Positions 24,101 to 44,673 of a stretch of 64,000 nt of DNA are shown here, in pieces. The translations under genes and the position numbers were made by a program. Positions within the stretch are counted from its first letter, which is position 1, and every line of letters starts with the position of its first letter. The notes below the pieces were generated by a model that was given only the letters and a program-made list of their open reading frames with translations, searched no databases and was not told the origin of the DNA. The DNA comes from Tubulanus polymorphus. Its lineage: Eukaryota; Animalia; Nemertea. Where the stretch lies: positions 3,286,001 through 3,350,000 of the forward strand of contig NC_134031.1 of assembly GCF_964204645.1 (NCBI RefSeq). The letters are read 5' to 3'.

Positions 24101-25635
24101 GAAAAGGGATGCCGTTCCGTGTAATATTGATCAAAATTTCCCAGAATGACAACGAAGTTCACCAGACAGATATTGCCTGAAATGCTAAATTTGTTGACTA
24201 CAGCAGTTCTGTAGTTCTGAATTTTCTTTGTGTAACGTCCATCGAGAAAGACAAAGGCTATATCTACGTGCTGCAACCCTTTGTTTCATTGCTCCACTCG
24301 CTCATCTACGTATCAACTTTCAATACAACGGTCTTTGTCTCCGGGTTCCAGTTCCACAATCATAAATGACGAACACCGCTGATCTATTGTCAGTGGCGGT
24401 CGGGCGAGAGAATCTCTGCAGCCTCGAATAGTGCCGGAGTCTGTCAGTCAAGTCCCGAAATAACCCGACGTTCGCTTTGTCCCGCTACGAAAAATCATTG
24501 TCGCACACGTGTATTTTTACAATTCAAGAATAGAAAAAAAACGACGTCGTCGCGTTCTTTATGATTCATCGTCGCCGTCGGTCGATACGCGATCAGGTCT
24601 TGTGCACACAGGTTCAGTCAGTATGTACGTGAACTCTTGCTTTGATGCGTGGTGCGCTCACGGGCAGTTCATACCCAGGTTATCTGTACTATATTTACAT
24701 ATCTCCTTGGATTTAAAAAATATATCAACATACAGGTTTTAATGATCTCACAGTGAACGGACACGTGACCACCTATTTTACCGACGTCAATACGAAATCG
24801 AAGTATATCGCAAAGCCAAATAAATAATATGTGCATATGTACATATCTTTGATTGTACCTATTTCTGATTTTTCTTTAAATGTCCATGTACATTATATAC
24901 GGATTTCATTTTCAACATAAGATTTGTGCAGTATAATGACAGAAATAGAAGACCATCGCACAATTATGTACGTATGCACAATTATGTACGTATATATGTT
25001 CCTTGTGGGGGTCCCCGAAATTCTGATTTTGAGTTCCATGATAACGACTGAAATTAATATATTTATATATTATCAAAATGTCACTAGGTTTAGATTTTAC
25101 TGGGAATTCATTTCCAGTAATAGATACAGTGATAAGCTGAACACTACGCTGGCATAATATAACATTCATTATGTCAACTGCTGGCACGTAGCCAGCATTG
25201 TCATTTAAACATCGCCATGATACGACACTCTTCGCGGAAATCAGATGATCTGGTCCCTATCCTGGAAGCATGGGACATGATTAATAAACTATTGCGAAAT
25301 GATATTAAATCGAAATCGATACGTGTGGATTTAAGTCGTTCGACAAGTCCAAAATAGGGGAAAAACGAAAGCTGCTATCCTAAGCGGAAGACCAAAACAT
25401 TTAGGAAACTCACTCCAAAAAAAAATGATCGAACAATATTTCCTAGTAAAATCAAATAAATAACTTCAACTTCGATGGTTCAACAATGTTAGTGAAACGA
25501 CAAACCAAACCATAATCCACCTACACGTATTAATTACGTAGTTGCTACGTAGGCGTATATCCAATCCCGTGTGCTACACGTTACTACTGTGCGCTAACCA
25601 TGTTGGCCACGCTGTTTCTGAGAATGCTTCCTGTT

Positions 25636-25637
<2 letters not shown>

Positions 25638-25677
<40 letters not shown>
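25638..25677. repeat. (AT)n microsatellite
   Basis: About 20 AT units. Confidence 0.95.
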
Positions 25678-25680
<3 letters not shown>

Positions 25681-27045
25681 ATTTAAACATGCGATGTGTT
25701 CTGAATATGTATAATTGATATATCCCAGTTCAAATACTAGCCGTGTAAAAAAGAAAATGCATAACGACTGGACGGGGTAGGTGTAATACTGTCCAGTAAA
25801 TAAGATTGAAATTGGTATGTCGTATTCTGTAATGTACTCGTCGTTTTGACCGTTACCCAAAACGAAATAAGATTGGGGTTTTAGTCTTCAGTACGAAGAA
25901 CATTCATTTTTCCGTTTTACTTACCAACTTTTAAATGAGAAAATGATGTATACAATTCCATATGACGGTTTTTAACAGCAAATTTTAAACTATATTAGTA
26001 GTAGATTAAAAACTAGAAATTTTGATTTTATTGCTACGGATTTTTTGTTGCTACGGATTTGACCACGAATCAGATGTTTTGTTTCCACTCCATTGTTTTT
26101 CTCATCATGAGTCACGCCTCCGCGCTACCCCAGGCAGCAGACACCAGATGACGTCTATGCGTTCGTTGTCGATCGGTCGCAAACTGCGTCGTCGACAAAA
26201 AAATGGCAATGAACGTTCTACCAGACCTTGTCGCTTGTTTCTAATTAAGTAATATATACACATTTCCTTTTGGTAGCGTCTATTTTGAGACTTTAGGTGC
26301 GCTGGCATTGAGCGGCCACCGACAAGAAATTCATCTCGATTCTATAAATACAACGTGTCATTGAACTGCAATCGATATGAACGATACATTGATGTAATCA
26401 AAAATAACCAGTTACCAATGCTGATAATGCTGATATCAGACACCAACCGCTTCGAAAATTGCGAGAGGGATGATCATATCAATACGCGGAACATCTTTCG
26501 GAAATATAGCTAGATGAATGAAGAAATCTGTAAAAGGTGTGGAATAAATTACGTTATTGCTGTCATTTTGACGCGAATTGACGCACGTCACATTGATAAA
26601 GCTTTGTTTTATGCCCCGGGGGGTAAACACATACACGTACGCAGTGCGTAAAATAAAGCTCTCTCAATTGACGCGTTAATGAAAGAGATGAGGGAGGTCG
26701 TTGTAGACTTCAAAGGTATATTTCGTGATACGTGCGAAGCGGCGATTGTAGCGGGTAACGAACCCGGCGATCTAACACCGCCGAAACCTGCCAAATGCGT
26801 ATACAGTAAACTGCGCCTTACTTGGATAAACTGGGAGCGGAAAAATTGGTCCGAGATTCGAGCAAAGTCCGGGTTAATGATAGGAAAATACGTTAGGAAG
26901 TCAGTAGAATTAATTCGTTTTTGTCTGAGAATAGTCTAAAATCAGAGTTGGCCATGTCTGAAGTATGTTACAAAATACTTCGGGGCCTACTTGCTTTTGT
27001 ACCCCATTCGCCCCAGCATTATCTCGGATGCATGCATCTAAATTC

Positions 27046-27269
27046 AGGGGTGAATCTAGGGTCTGGTACAGGGAGGGATGAACACGACCCCCAAAATAGT
27101 ATGGGCACCCCGTCCCCTTCTCCACAAAATAAAAGCTCACCAGAAAACATCAAATCATTTTGGGAAATACAGAGGACAATATTTCAATCTCTAAACTTCT
27201 AGGAATCGGTTTAATGTTTTTCATTTTCCTGTAAAACTTGGTGCGCGCACCCTCTTAGATCCGTCCCTG
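27046..27269. mobile_element. Degenerate hAT-like MITE
   Basis: CAGGGGTGAATCTAG...TTAGATCCGTCCCTG imperfect termini. Confidence 0.5.
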
Positions 27270-27875
27270 TTAATCTACTTGACTTCGCCATACGCGAATA
27301 TGTGCCGGTAATTAAAATGTTTATCCAAAAGAACTGATTTGAACCGAAACCAAGTAAATGGGGAAAACAGGAAATATGAGTCGCGTAATATACGTATATA
27401 GACATGGACTTTCCATCGAGCCTATCCCCTGTGCAATATATTTTCTTAACGATATGATGCCAAACGGTTAATTGACGGACTTCCTTTCTCTGTTGTCATG
27501 GGAGACCGCACCCAACGTCACAAATCAAAGCGATATCAAAATGATATTGAAAGGTCAAAGAACGAATTGTGCGTATGTTTTGTTATTTTTGTATCGTTCA
27601 CATGTACACGCATGTGATAAACTAACGCTGTAGCGTTTTCCTTCCTGGAATAGCAATGAATAGGAAAAAACACCGCGCCATCTAGTTAGAGAAAAAAACA
27701 TCCAACGGCCTTGTGACGTCATTTATGTCGAGACCGACGGATCGTGTTCCTGGAAATCAACGTAAATATTTACATGCGGTGTGTTGCCATGCATGACTAA
27801 AATTGTATTACATCATAATTTCGATATATTGCCACATTAAGCCACATCGATTTTTTGCCACAGCGCTTTACAAGC

Positions 27876-28460
27876 ATGGCCACGCGTGCACTGGGGAGGA
27901 ACTCGCGGACAACTTATCGCAGAAAATCCGAACCGATCCGTCTCGCCGATACGAGGGCGGTTAAAATCGCGTATGGCGCAATATCGCCACGAAACTGGGA
28001 TATACCGAGAAGTTTTTTCGCTACGAAGAAGCCTGCGGCGAGTTGGTGGACGGAGATTAGAATGCCAGGGTTTTCTGGTGACGAGATATCGGCTGCTGCT
28101 GCTGTGACTGCTACCGAAACTGGACACCGAGTCGTCGTCGTGCGTGGACGAATGTTAGACTGCAAGGATTCGATAGAAAAAACAAAAACTACTCTTATCC
28201 CTGACCACGTTGAAATCGATCAATTGCGTTACGATTTCCGAGATGGAACGGTGATTATTTTCACGACGCAAACGCGGAGTCCAGTGCTTCCACAAGGAAC
28301 AAACTCAGTGCCGGCCCGGCAACGCGAGGCTACAACACGGGTTTCCACTATTCCGTGTTTTCGCCGTCGGAACACTATTTCTTGCATTGTGACCCCTGCA
28401 ACTCCACCGCCGACCAGTGATGACAGAAATAGCTGCTTGAAGACTCGCATTTCGACTTAG
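27876..28460 (+). CDS. Divergent small heat-shock/alpha-crystallin-domain protein (194 aa)
   Basis: EIRMPGFSGDEIS...HRVVVVRG...TTLIPDHVEIDQLRYDFRDGTVIIF resembles the HSP20 pattern (D.PG...E.I / L.V.G / LP..VD...I.A.F.DGVL.I). Polypyrimidine-CAG acceptor just upstream of the ATG. Exon-like composition. Confidence 0.6.
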   Translation: MATRALGRNSRTTYRRKSEPIRLADTRAVKIAYGAISPRNWDIPRSFFATKKPAASWWTEIRMPGFSGDEISAAAAVTATETGHRVVVVRGRMLDCKDSIEKTKTTLIPDHVEIDQLRYDFRDGTVIIFTTQTRSPVLPQGTNSVPARQREATTRVSTIPCFRRRNTISCIVTPATPPPTSDDRNSCLKTRIST

Positions 28461-31400
28461 ATCCGGAATTCAAATTAACTATTTTCTATCCAAAATAACT
28501 CAGTATTTTAAGGAACTGTTGAGATTATCTAGTATTTTCTATCGTGATGATTTTTTTATTCATTTTTCTTTTAATTATCTACGTTTATGTAATTGGAAGT
28601 TTCTAAAATAAATGAAATCGGAATGGGATTTTCCCTTCGGCAAATCTTTCAGTACATTGTCTATTTTTTAACATAATTTCAATGCCGGGGCCAGCAGTAG
28701 TCCTCCATTAGGTACTTGGTGGAAGCTGCAGCATAAATCACTGGGAAGCATGGAACTGGCCATGGCATAAGTAAGGGCTCAGAAAGGGGCCGGCAGCCGA
28801 GTTCCACTAGTCTGACTTAGTCCCAGGCGAACGAGCGCGAGCAATGATCCGAATAACGCTTTCGCATATTCTTCATATCGTGTTCCATCTACGAGCAAGT
28901 AGTTTCTACGAGGAGTTAATCTTTGGAAACCAAGATCCGAACAAATAAATCCCATAAAATGGCCGAGTTCATCAACGCCGGCACTGTGCCGGGCTCTGCC
29001 TGCGGCAAGTGAATGTAATTTATTCAACCAGTTAGTATCGCCCTCTACGGGTGGCGCCACGTTACGAGTCACAAAAAACTAATCGGCAGGAAGTTTGTAA
29101 TAAATTTTAATTTTGATTTTTTTTCCTCGAAGGAGTAAAAACACTAAACAGGATACAGTAATGTACATAATGTATCGCTTGATACGAAGAATGAATTATT
29201 CTTAGAATAATAAATAGTGTATTCATGCGTGCAAACCGCCAGTGAAGTGAATAGAGCGATCTCCATCTGTAAGTATGCCAAAAAACATGTCAAATGTCAT
29301 TTCATTGTCGATTAACTATTATTATTGTAATTTTTGGATTGTAGTATTTGAATATCCTGAATATCGAGGTTTTCGGCTTCTTTTTCTAAAATTTTCACTT
29401 TTAAGCAGTCAATGTTTATCAATTGAAAAACTATTGAAAACCCTATTTTGGACTGCTGGCTGCGGACTGTATACCACACACAGCAGGCGAACTCCAGTTC
29501 AGTTTTCGTAGTAAGTCAACTTATAAGTTTAATTATGGCCGGCGCTAATAATCGAACGCGCTCTAGTTCAGTCTTAACACATTTCACAGTGCCGACCATT
29601 TTGTAACTACGGCGACCACGCTCAGTTGCGGAGTATATTTTTTTCAGATTATCTGATCTGATGACATTCGGTTTCACTTTTCCACCCAGAGGCGACAAAC
29701 CAATCAATCTCCCTCCCTTTATTAGTAACCTACTAATCTTTAGTGGTATGCTGTTTCAATCGTATGGGCTTATATGACTTATACCATTTAACTATTCATT
29801 TTGTGGCTTGTGTGAAAATATCTGATTGTGAAAATCACAGACAGGTTCAGGAAGGAGTGGTCAGTACCCTGTCTGTGGTTTTGCGTCTTGGATTTAGTGA
29901 TATTTTTATAAACCAAGAATGGTTAAGCCTGAATGGTAGGCCTGTACTAGCCTATCCCACTAATGATTAGGTAACTGACGCTACCGCCCTACCTCCCCCC
30001 CCCCCCCCAACCACAGCTCTCACCTGTGAAACAAACCTACCCGGTACTTCATTCATCAATCAAGTTGAACTTGAGCAATCACAGTTTAGATTAAATTTAG
30101 TTATTTTTTTTCACTCTCATTGAGTTAAGTGTCAATCGATCACTTCGCTAAATGTCTTATCATTCAATAAAAACATTCTTAAAGATTCAACTGGCCGCAC
30201 GTCACACTTTATCCTTTAGAATAATTTCGACGTTCAGAAATAGTTTTTCTTTGCATCAAATAACCGGTGTCAAAAGGCCCAACTCAGCTGAAGAGACATT
30301 CATCTATTCTTTTCAATGCATTGATGTCTGTTTATTTTTAATGAAATTTCATGAATCAATTACTTAGTAGCAAAAATAGAAATACTATAGCCTTCAAAAC
30401 GCTTACACTATGTGGGTTACTGATAGTTTTGATATCGTGTGTGAACTACTGATAAGCCACGAGTGCCACCAGTCCTATCTGCCTATTATGAATTTGATTA
30501 AAATGAGCTGGTTTATAAATCCGAAGTCATTATGGATTTTATTCGGAAACATTTAGGGCCATACCTTTATAATCGGTAAATTTAACTAGGTGATGTAATT
30601 GAATATAGCATATTTGTATTATTCCATAGGCCTCGGCGTGGTTGGTTATTGGCATAACTTTAATACGAGAAGATCATCGAATAGTTTTGAGTATTATTAT
30701 GTCAACACACTGCCACTACCCTCGCTGTATTTTTTTTTGTGGTGTGCTTTTACTTCAGAAGTTTCTGAATACGCTTTATACAAACAGTTCCAGTGTTTGT
30801 TCCAACAGGTATAATTATTTGATGTACGATTTTACGAGGGTTGCTGAACTACCTACAATTTTATCGCGTGTAGTTTTTTCTCTGAGGTGAAAAGTTCTTC
30901 ACGTGCCCCAAAACATCCATCGTAATATACAGCATACTTAGTACCATACCTAGTAGCTACTCACAGGGCGGTTGAACAGTTGAGGCTTATATCAGACATT
31001 TCTGTTGCAAATCTAACAACGACAGACCATTGGTAAGATTTTAGACCTGTCCTGGTCAGGGAATTCTGACTCCTCTAATAAATTAAAGAATTAAGTACCT
31101 CGTTGTTCTTGTTGGTGATGCCCGGCACCTGGAACCTCTTGAGAAGAAACAGCCTCCATTGCGGGTATGTTATTAATGTAATCAGGGAATTTTTGGTCAA
31201 GTGTCAGGGAAATACTTGGGGGGGTTTCGTCCCCTGCTTTGTAAGATCACTAGATCCAGTTCCACATTTGTGAATTAACATTTGACTCGGATTGAATGTT
31301 GAAAATGAACTAATTTCAACTCAAGAGTTAACTCTAACTCACAATTATGGAACTGGTTCCTGGAAATCAACTTCGGAACCAGATTCTGATTAAACAAATT

Positions 31401-31496
31401 CATGGAACTGGGCCCGCATGGTTTAGACTTGTTTCTGGTCCTAGTAAAGAAATTTTTTCATTAAAATTGATTTGTAGATCGAATGAATATGAGTCG

Positions 31497-38893
<7,397 letters not shown>

Positions 38894-39124
38894 ACGTCAA
38901 CTGATAGTTGAAAACACGATCAAATTCATAACTATTCATGCTACGTGAAATTGATATTTTTCACGTAAGAAAATAGAAAAAATAATGTGCCATCGAATAT
39001 ATCAAAGCAAAACAACGTGTTGTGACATTATTGCTGATTAATCTGAAAAAAATTTACCGTAAATGTCAGTGTGTTGTCTCAAAAAACTTATTGAGCTGTT
39101 CCTATTGTATGATCATCGTAACAT

Positions 39125-39400
39125 GGCAGGGGTTTGTACTGTGTTTCATGATACCATCACGTTCAAATCCTTGCGAGTGAGGAGATTTTTACTAGACAGA
39201 GTTTCGTAATGTGGTTGAGGCTCTTGACGCCATCAGGTTCGAATCCGTTTAAGTGAGCGTGTATCACCTAGGGCAGGGATTCTTCTGCGGTTGAGTCTCA
39301 TGATGCCATCAGGTTCGAATCTCTGCGAGGGAGGATGGGTCTATCAGGGCAGGGATTTTTCTGCGGTTGAGTCTCATGATGCTCGGGTTCAAATCCTTGC
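39125..39400 (+). repeat. Four ~65-75 bp degenerate tandem units, each with a Pol III B-box-like motif (tRNA/SINE-derived)
   Basis: Repeated GGCAGGG...GGTTGAGTCTCATGATGCCATCAGGTTCGAATC motif. Confidence 0.6.
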
Positions 39401-40598
39401 TACTGAAAGTATGTAATGAATATAATAAATAACAACGCTACATAATTATGTGGTCATCAACTAATAATGAGATTTATATCGAACAGAGTAATCAAAATAC
39501 TATCATCGTACATGTACTTTATTATATGCCTCAAATCAAAGTATTTTTAATCATATCCCACCGATAGACTACCGTACCGGTAAACTACTCTCAATGACAA
39601 ATTCTAATTATGTATGTAATTTTTAACGAAAATATCAACGTATTATTATCAATTGTTATATAGTAATTAAACTAAGTTTACATATATCCGTGTCTTGCGA
39701 TTTAAGTTCGATATTTTTGATGATGTGACTGGAATTCGTTATTTATCGCGCCGTGATTAGATTTCAGTTTTAAATGGTAATTCTGCTGTGCTTCATTATG
39801 ATTCTGGTCATAGAAAGTTGAGATTTTTGTCCAACGCGCTGTTTCAGTTTCTTGAGAAAATTTCCGTTTCGTGTGCTCTGATATTCTTTTATTAAGCGAA
39901 TATGATATATTGTGGTGTAACTTTTAGAGATGTTCCAACTATTTTAAAAGTAGGCTACTTGTATGCATGTATGTATGTCATGTGCGCTTCAAAAGAGGTT
40001 GTGTCGAAGTTTGCTCAGTGGTATCAGTCGAAAATGTTTTTGCCAGTCTTGTAATGAACACCCGATTGTGGTGTGAAGTTTTATTTATTCATTAACGATG
40101 ATTGATGATGATGATAGTGATAATAAAGTTTATCTATACCCTATCTGAAAAATTACTTTTAGTCGAATACCGTAGCTTATCGCAAAAAAATTGATATGCA
40201 AGTCACCTTTATGGAAGTGCTTCAGATAATTCTAACCAGTTTTGTTAGAAAAATCTACTTGCAGGGAAAAAGGATCTATTTCGGACAGTATTTTTTTCTC
40301 AGCCTACGATCGGGATTCGAACCTAATCGCAACCACATACAGACGGCAACCAGTCTATCGGTATTTCGGATTCAAGTCACTGTCCGAAGGTCGTCGCGCA
40401 AGTCGTGCTAAATGAACTCATAGTCATATCAAAATAGGTGGTAGGTTATAGTTTTTAAAAGGATCAGGATGCGATGAGTATTTAGTCTAAAAATAGACAA
40501 CAAGACTGAGCAGTTTAAACCCAATTAACCTGATATTTGTATTTCAATCTTTCTCTTTTTGTGTTATTTTTTTAAGGTGATAAAAAAAGATTATCAAT

Positions 40599-41444
40599 AT
40601 GCACGATTTTCCAATAGGATACTTGAAAGAAATCAAGCGTGAAGGTCATGGTTTTTCGACGCCGAAAGAATTCAGTATTTGTTCTTATTCGACGTGCGAC
40701 TGCGTCGACGACCTTCTCGACGACGACAAAAAAAACGAAGAAATCGGGGTAAACCGAAACGATACGTTCATCGAACTGGAATTAATTTACAGCGGTTTAG
40801 AATCACACAATTCCGTTATCGACGCTTTGTCGACGATGAAACCGGGTGAAATTTCTGCGTTTGTTCCGACGACAGAAGACGGCGACCGATCGAGGCGCGC
40901 GATGAATTTACATCTGAAATCTTTTACGAACGCGAAAAGCTGTTGGGAGTACGAAAAAACGGAGCTATTCGCGAAAGCCACGCGTTATAAAACAGATGGT
41001 TCGGTTCGTTTCAAAGCGGGCGATATACGGGCCGCGTTTGCCCTGTACGGGCGCGCTTTAAAATGGGCGCGTTTAGCCGGGCCGAATAAAGACCTGAACG
41101 CCGACGAATCGAAATTGATATCGAATTGTTACCTGAATTTGAGTTTTTGTCAAATTAAACGCGCGAATTTCCGCGACGTGATTCGTAACTGCTCGAAAGC
41201 GCTGTCGATCGACGGTTCGAACGTGAAGGGTTTATATCGTCGCGCGCTCGCGTCGGCGAAGTTGAATAAACTCGATCAAGCGAAAGACGATCTGGTGCGC
41301 GCTGCCAGCGTTGAACCGAACAACCGAGCAGTGATCGACGAACTCGCCGCCGTCAACAAACTTCTATCCGAGTCCGCTAGTAGAAATGACGACCCGGTTT
41401 CAACCGGAATGAAGAAGTTCTTCAATTCGGAATATGTTAAATGA
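40599..41444 (+). CDS. FKBPL: FKBP-like TPR co-chaperone (degenerate FKBP fold + 3 TPR), 281 aa
   Basis: ALSTMKPGEIS...LHLKSF FKBP remnant. TPR motifs KTDGSVRFKAG...YGRALK, YLNLSFCQIK, NVKGLYRRA...EPNNRA. C-terminal STGMKKFF resembles the FKBPL end. Orthology is inferred. Confidence 0.75.
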   Translation: MHDFPIGYLKEIKREGHGFSTPKEFSICSYSTCDCVDDLLDDDKKNEEIGVNRNDTFIELELIYSGLESHNSVIDALSTMKPGEISAFVPTTEDGDRSRRAMNLHLKSFTNAKSCWEYEKTELFAKATRYKTDGSVRFKAGDIRAAFALYGRALKWARLAGPNKDLNADESKLISNCYLNLSFCQIKRANFRDVIRNCSKALSIDGSNVKGLYRRALASAKLNKLDQAKDDLVRAASVEPNNRAVIDELAAVNKLLSESASRNDDPVSTGMKKFFNSEYVK

Positions 41445-42463
41445 CGATTGTGTAGCATTAAATTTGAATTGTGTTAAGATTTACAGTATTTTTATTAGCT
41501 TTTCACTTTTCCCCCCCAAGGCTACCTTTTACAAAATTTTCCTCTCCAGAGATATAAACATGATCCATTTATTTTCAGAAGTCTCGATGCTGAACTGAAT
41601 TTTGATTGACCCGATGCTGGGTGCCGATTGACCTAGATGCTGACTAGGGAGTGTCTCTAGTTATTTAGTGAGCTGGGTGCTGAATAGAGAAACTAGGGGT
41701 GTTACTAAAACTATGCACTACTAATACAAAGACCTATGCACTTTGCAATACTAGAACTACCTCCAAGACCCATAGAAATAAAATGAAAGAAAACATCGCA
41801 TCATATTGTTAATTGTCATTTTATTTTCTTTAAGAAAATAGCACTACATGTATTTCATAAAACATTTTTATTCTAACACTTGTGAAGCAAGTTGAATATC
41901 CGAACTATGCCGTTTAACCGGGTTTTTGATAAGAGATTCACGATGTCGGAAAGCATGATCAACAAGGCGCTAAATGCTGCTATATCGCACGTACCCAAAT
42001 CATTTTTGAAAGTCCATGCCTTGTTCCCAAGTATTCAGGACCCCGCATCAATCTGTATTCATCGAGGGATGTATGTGATTTGCCTAATTTCTGCCGTATG
42101 GAGTGAAAAATCTAGATGAAAGTTCATTAAAAATGTAAATTTTTAACGAGTTATCGTATTCTAGTGGGATAGCTGGTGGCATTGAGTCCTCTTTGAAATT
42201 AAACATAACAAATGAACTACAAACACAAAACAGATGTCGTTATCAGCGCGCTTAGAAAAACTGATCTCCCAGACTCCATGTTACCAATGGTAAATATCTG
42301 AAGGGGTGGTTCCAGGCTGCAGATATAACCGAAATTTATCCGAATATCAAAATCCAGTCACCACAACTGATATCATCCAATTCCACTGAATCCATATGTG
42401 TTGACAGCCACCAGGTGGCACTGATTGAAAGTAAAGATAAGATTTTTAAGAATACGGTATTTC

Positions 42464-44494
42464 TCATTCGTATTCATCGTCAGAGTTCGTATTTTGCTCT
42501 TGTTGAAGTTGCTGAGCTTGCGTGGCAGCTTCCTGAATTTGTAACCATTGTTGCTGCTCGAGTTGTTCTTGTTCTTGACGCGCCTGGAATAATGAAACAA
42601 ATGCAAACTATTCAGATATTGATGGAGATTTCATTCGCAGATGTCGTAGTCCTGGTTGAGTTGTTGGGTAGTTGTAATCTAGTTCACTTAATCCCTAGGT
42701 TATGTTTTTAAACCTGGTATTGTCCTCAGGCAGCACAATTGTCCACATTGCCACTCTCCAACTAGGGCCAATTGTAGTTAGTAACCTGTCTGTGGTTTAG
42801 TTTCATGATCGGATATTTTCACAAACCACATTTGGTATAAGCCCATCCGATTATAAAAAGCTTACCACCAACTTTTAGGTAACTAACTAGGCCAATTTGA
42901 AACTATTATGATATCACTTCTCGACAGGGAGAGATAACTGATACACTAAGGACGCAAAGGTTAGCGCTAATAATACCAATGTCGCTTCTCTCCTGGGAGA
43001 GATGACTGACATGAGTTAAGAGATATAGACTAGAGGAAATAACACCACCCAGGGGGTTTTATTGGATACCGGTTCCAATAATGAGCTTACGAACAACTTC
43101 TCACCAAACAGATGATTGAAAGGGAAAGATTAATTACTAAATCAGATCAAGGCTAGCTAGGGAATACTATTTAGTATTTCCCCAGGTATGAAGAGATTTG
43201 AATAGTATATCCTGTTTAACTCACGCGATCAAATAATTCTTGTTGCTGTCTCAGTAATTCCTCCTCTGGAATACCCAGATTTTCTAACCTAGTACTGGCG
43301 CGTCGTTTCTTAGCGGCGACTGCCTTCGCCTCGACCATAACCGCTTGAGCCTCTTCTCGATACGACGCGAAGCCTAACCGGTCCAACGCTGAAACAAATA
43401 CAACCATTCTCGTTCATAAATTCGTCTCATTTAACTTATAAATTGAATTCACAAATATTGGTATCTAACCGAAAGAAAATAATCCCCTTAAGCCAAATCA
43501 ATGACAGAGCTCATTGCATCATAGGTGGATTAACATTAGCGGGGGCCCGGTACATATGTCATCTAGGTCTTAACCTGACACCGACTGGGATGCGGGTTAA
43601 ACGATTATCAGATCAGACTACCTGATACCTCTCATTATAGTAGGCCTTCACCAAAAATCAGTAATTTGATATAAAAAAATAGTAGTTTAATTGAAAATGA
43701 ATGAGAAGCAATTCTGATTTTGAGAGTATTTTGATACTTTCGGGAGCTCTTCAAAAGAGTAGAAATTACTTGCAAATAGTAAGAGAGTCAGATATGAATT
43801 ATATGCCAATTCTGATTCTAATGATTTGATTGAATTGGCAATGCTAGAGCTATCGCACAGAATCCATACAGAACTGGTATTAAATCTTGATGGTTCAACC
43901 TGTGTCCCAGATTTCCGGGCTCGTCGGTATTTGCAGAGTAAGTCAAGCGAAATACAGGGTTCGATCTAAGGAATGAAAGTCACTTGCCCGGGGGCAAGCA
44001 TATCTGAAATTTCGCTTGCCCCCCTCCAAAAGCTACTTGCCCTACACAGGCAGTCCGAATAGTGGCACTATCATCCGTTGTATCGAGTTGGAAGAAAGTT
44101 TTGTGACATAAAATTGCACGAGCCCGGCGGACAAGTGATAATGATAACCAACTTGCCCTGATGAGAATATACTTGTCCCGGGCAATCGGACAAGTGCTTA
44201 GATAGGACCCTGGAAATATCAAGATAAAACTCCTCTCATCAATAAACGGACAGCAGTATCTCATATATACATACCACCAAGTATATGATCGGGTGAAATA
44301 GTTTTCTTGTTTTGTCCGTTGCACAATTCGTTCGCCTCTGAAGAGATCAGGTGTATGAACTCTGTACAACAGTTTAAAATCAGTTCTCTCGCTTCGTTGG
44401 CCACGCGCACGTTCGGCGCTAATTCTTTGATCATCTTGTTTAGAGCAGCTCGAGGAATACTCAAATCATCATCTTCACCGCGGTTCTCAGCCAT
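42464..44494 (-). CDS. DR1: Protein Dr1 / negative cofactor 2 beta, 167 aa, 3 coding exons
   Basis: Exons 44494-44275, 43388-43225, 42583-42464. DDDLSIPRAALNKMIKE...CCTEFIHLISSEANE...KKTISPDH, RLENLGIPEEELLRQQQELF, Q-rich tail. Confidence 0.97.
43955..44212. mobile_element. hAT-like MITE with 6-bp TSD in DR1 intron
   Basis: CAGGGTTCGATCTAAG...CTTAGATAGGACCCTG flanked by GAAATA on both sides. Subterminal CTTGCCC repeats. Confidence 0.75.
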
Positions 44495-44673
44495 TTCAAA
44501 ATCTATGAAAGGAATTTTGTGAATTGTTCAATATACGTTTATACCGTCCACATCGGGGCAGACCGATTTTGGCGGTATAAAGAATACGGCGGTATATGAG
44601 AGGTGAGACAACACTATCAATTTGTGAAACGTCTTTTAGTACAGTATATAAAAGACAAGGTAGTTGACGAAGC

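Noticed and set aside
26679-26939. 86-aa ORF as a small gene
   Set aside because: No recognisable motif or supporting splice structure; it lies in motif-rich, probably regulatory DNA.
40300-40400. tRNA gene on the minus strand
   Set aside because: A B-box/T-loop is present, but there is no A-box, acceptor stem or anticodon arm.
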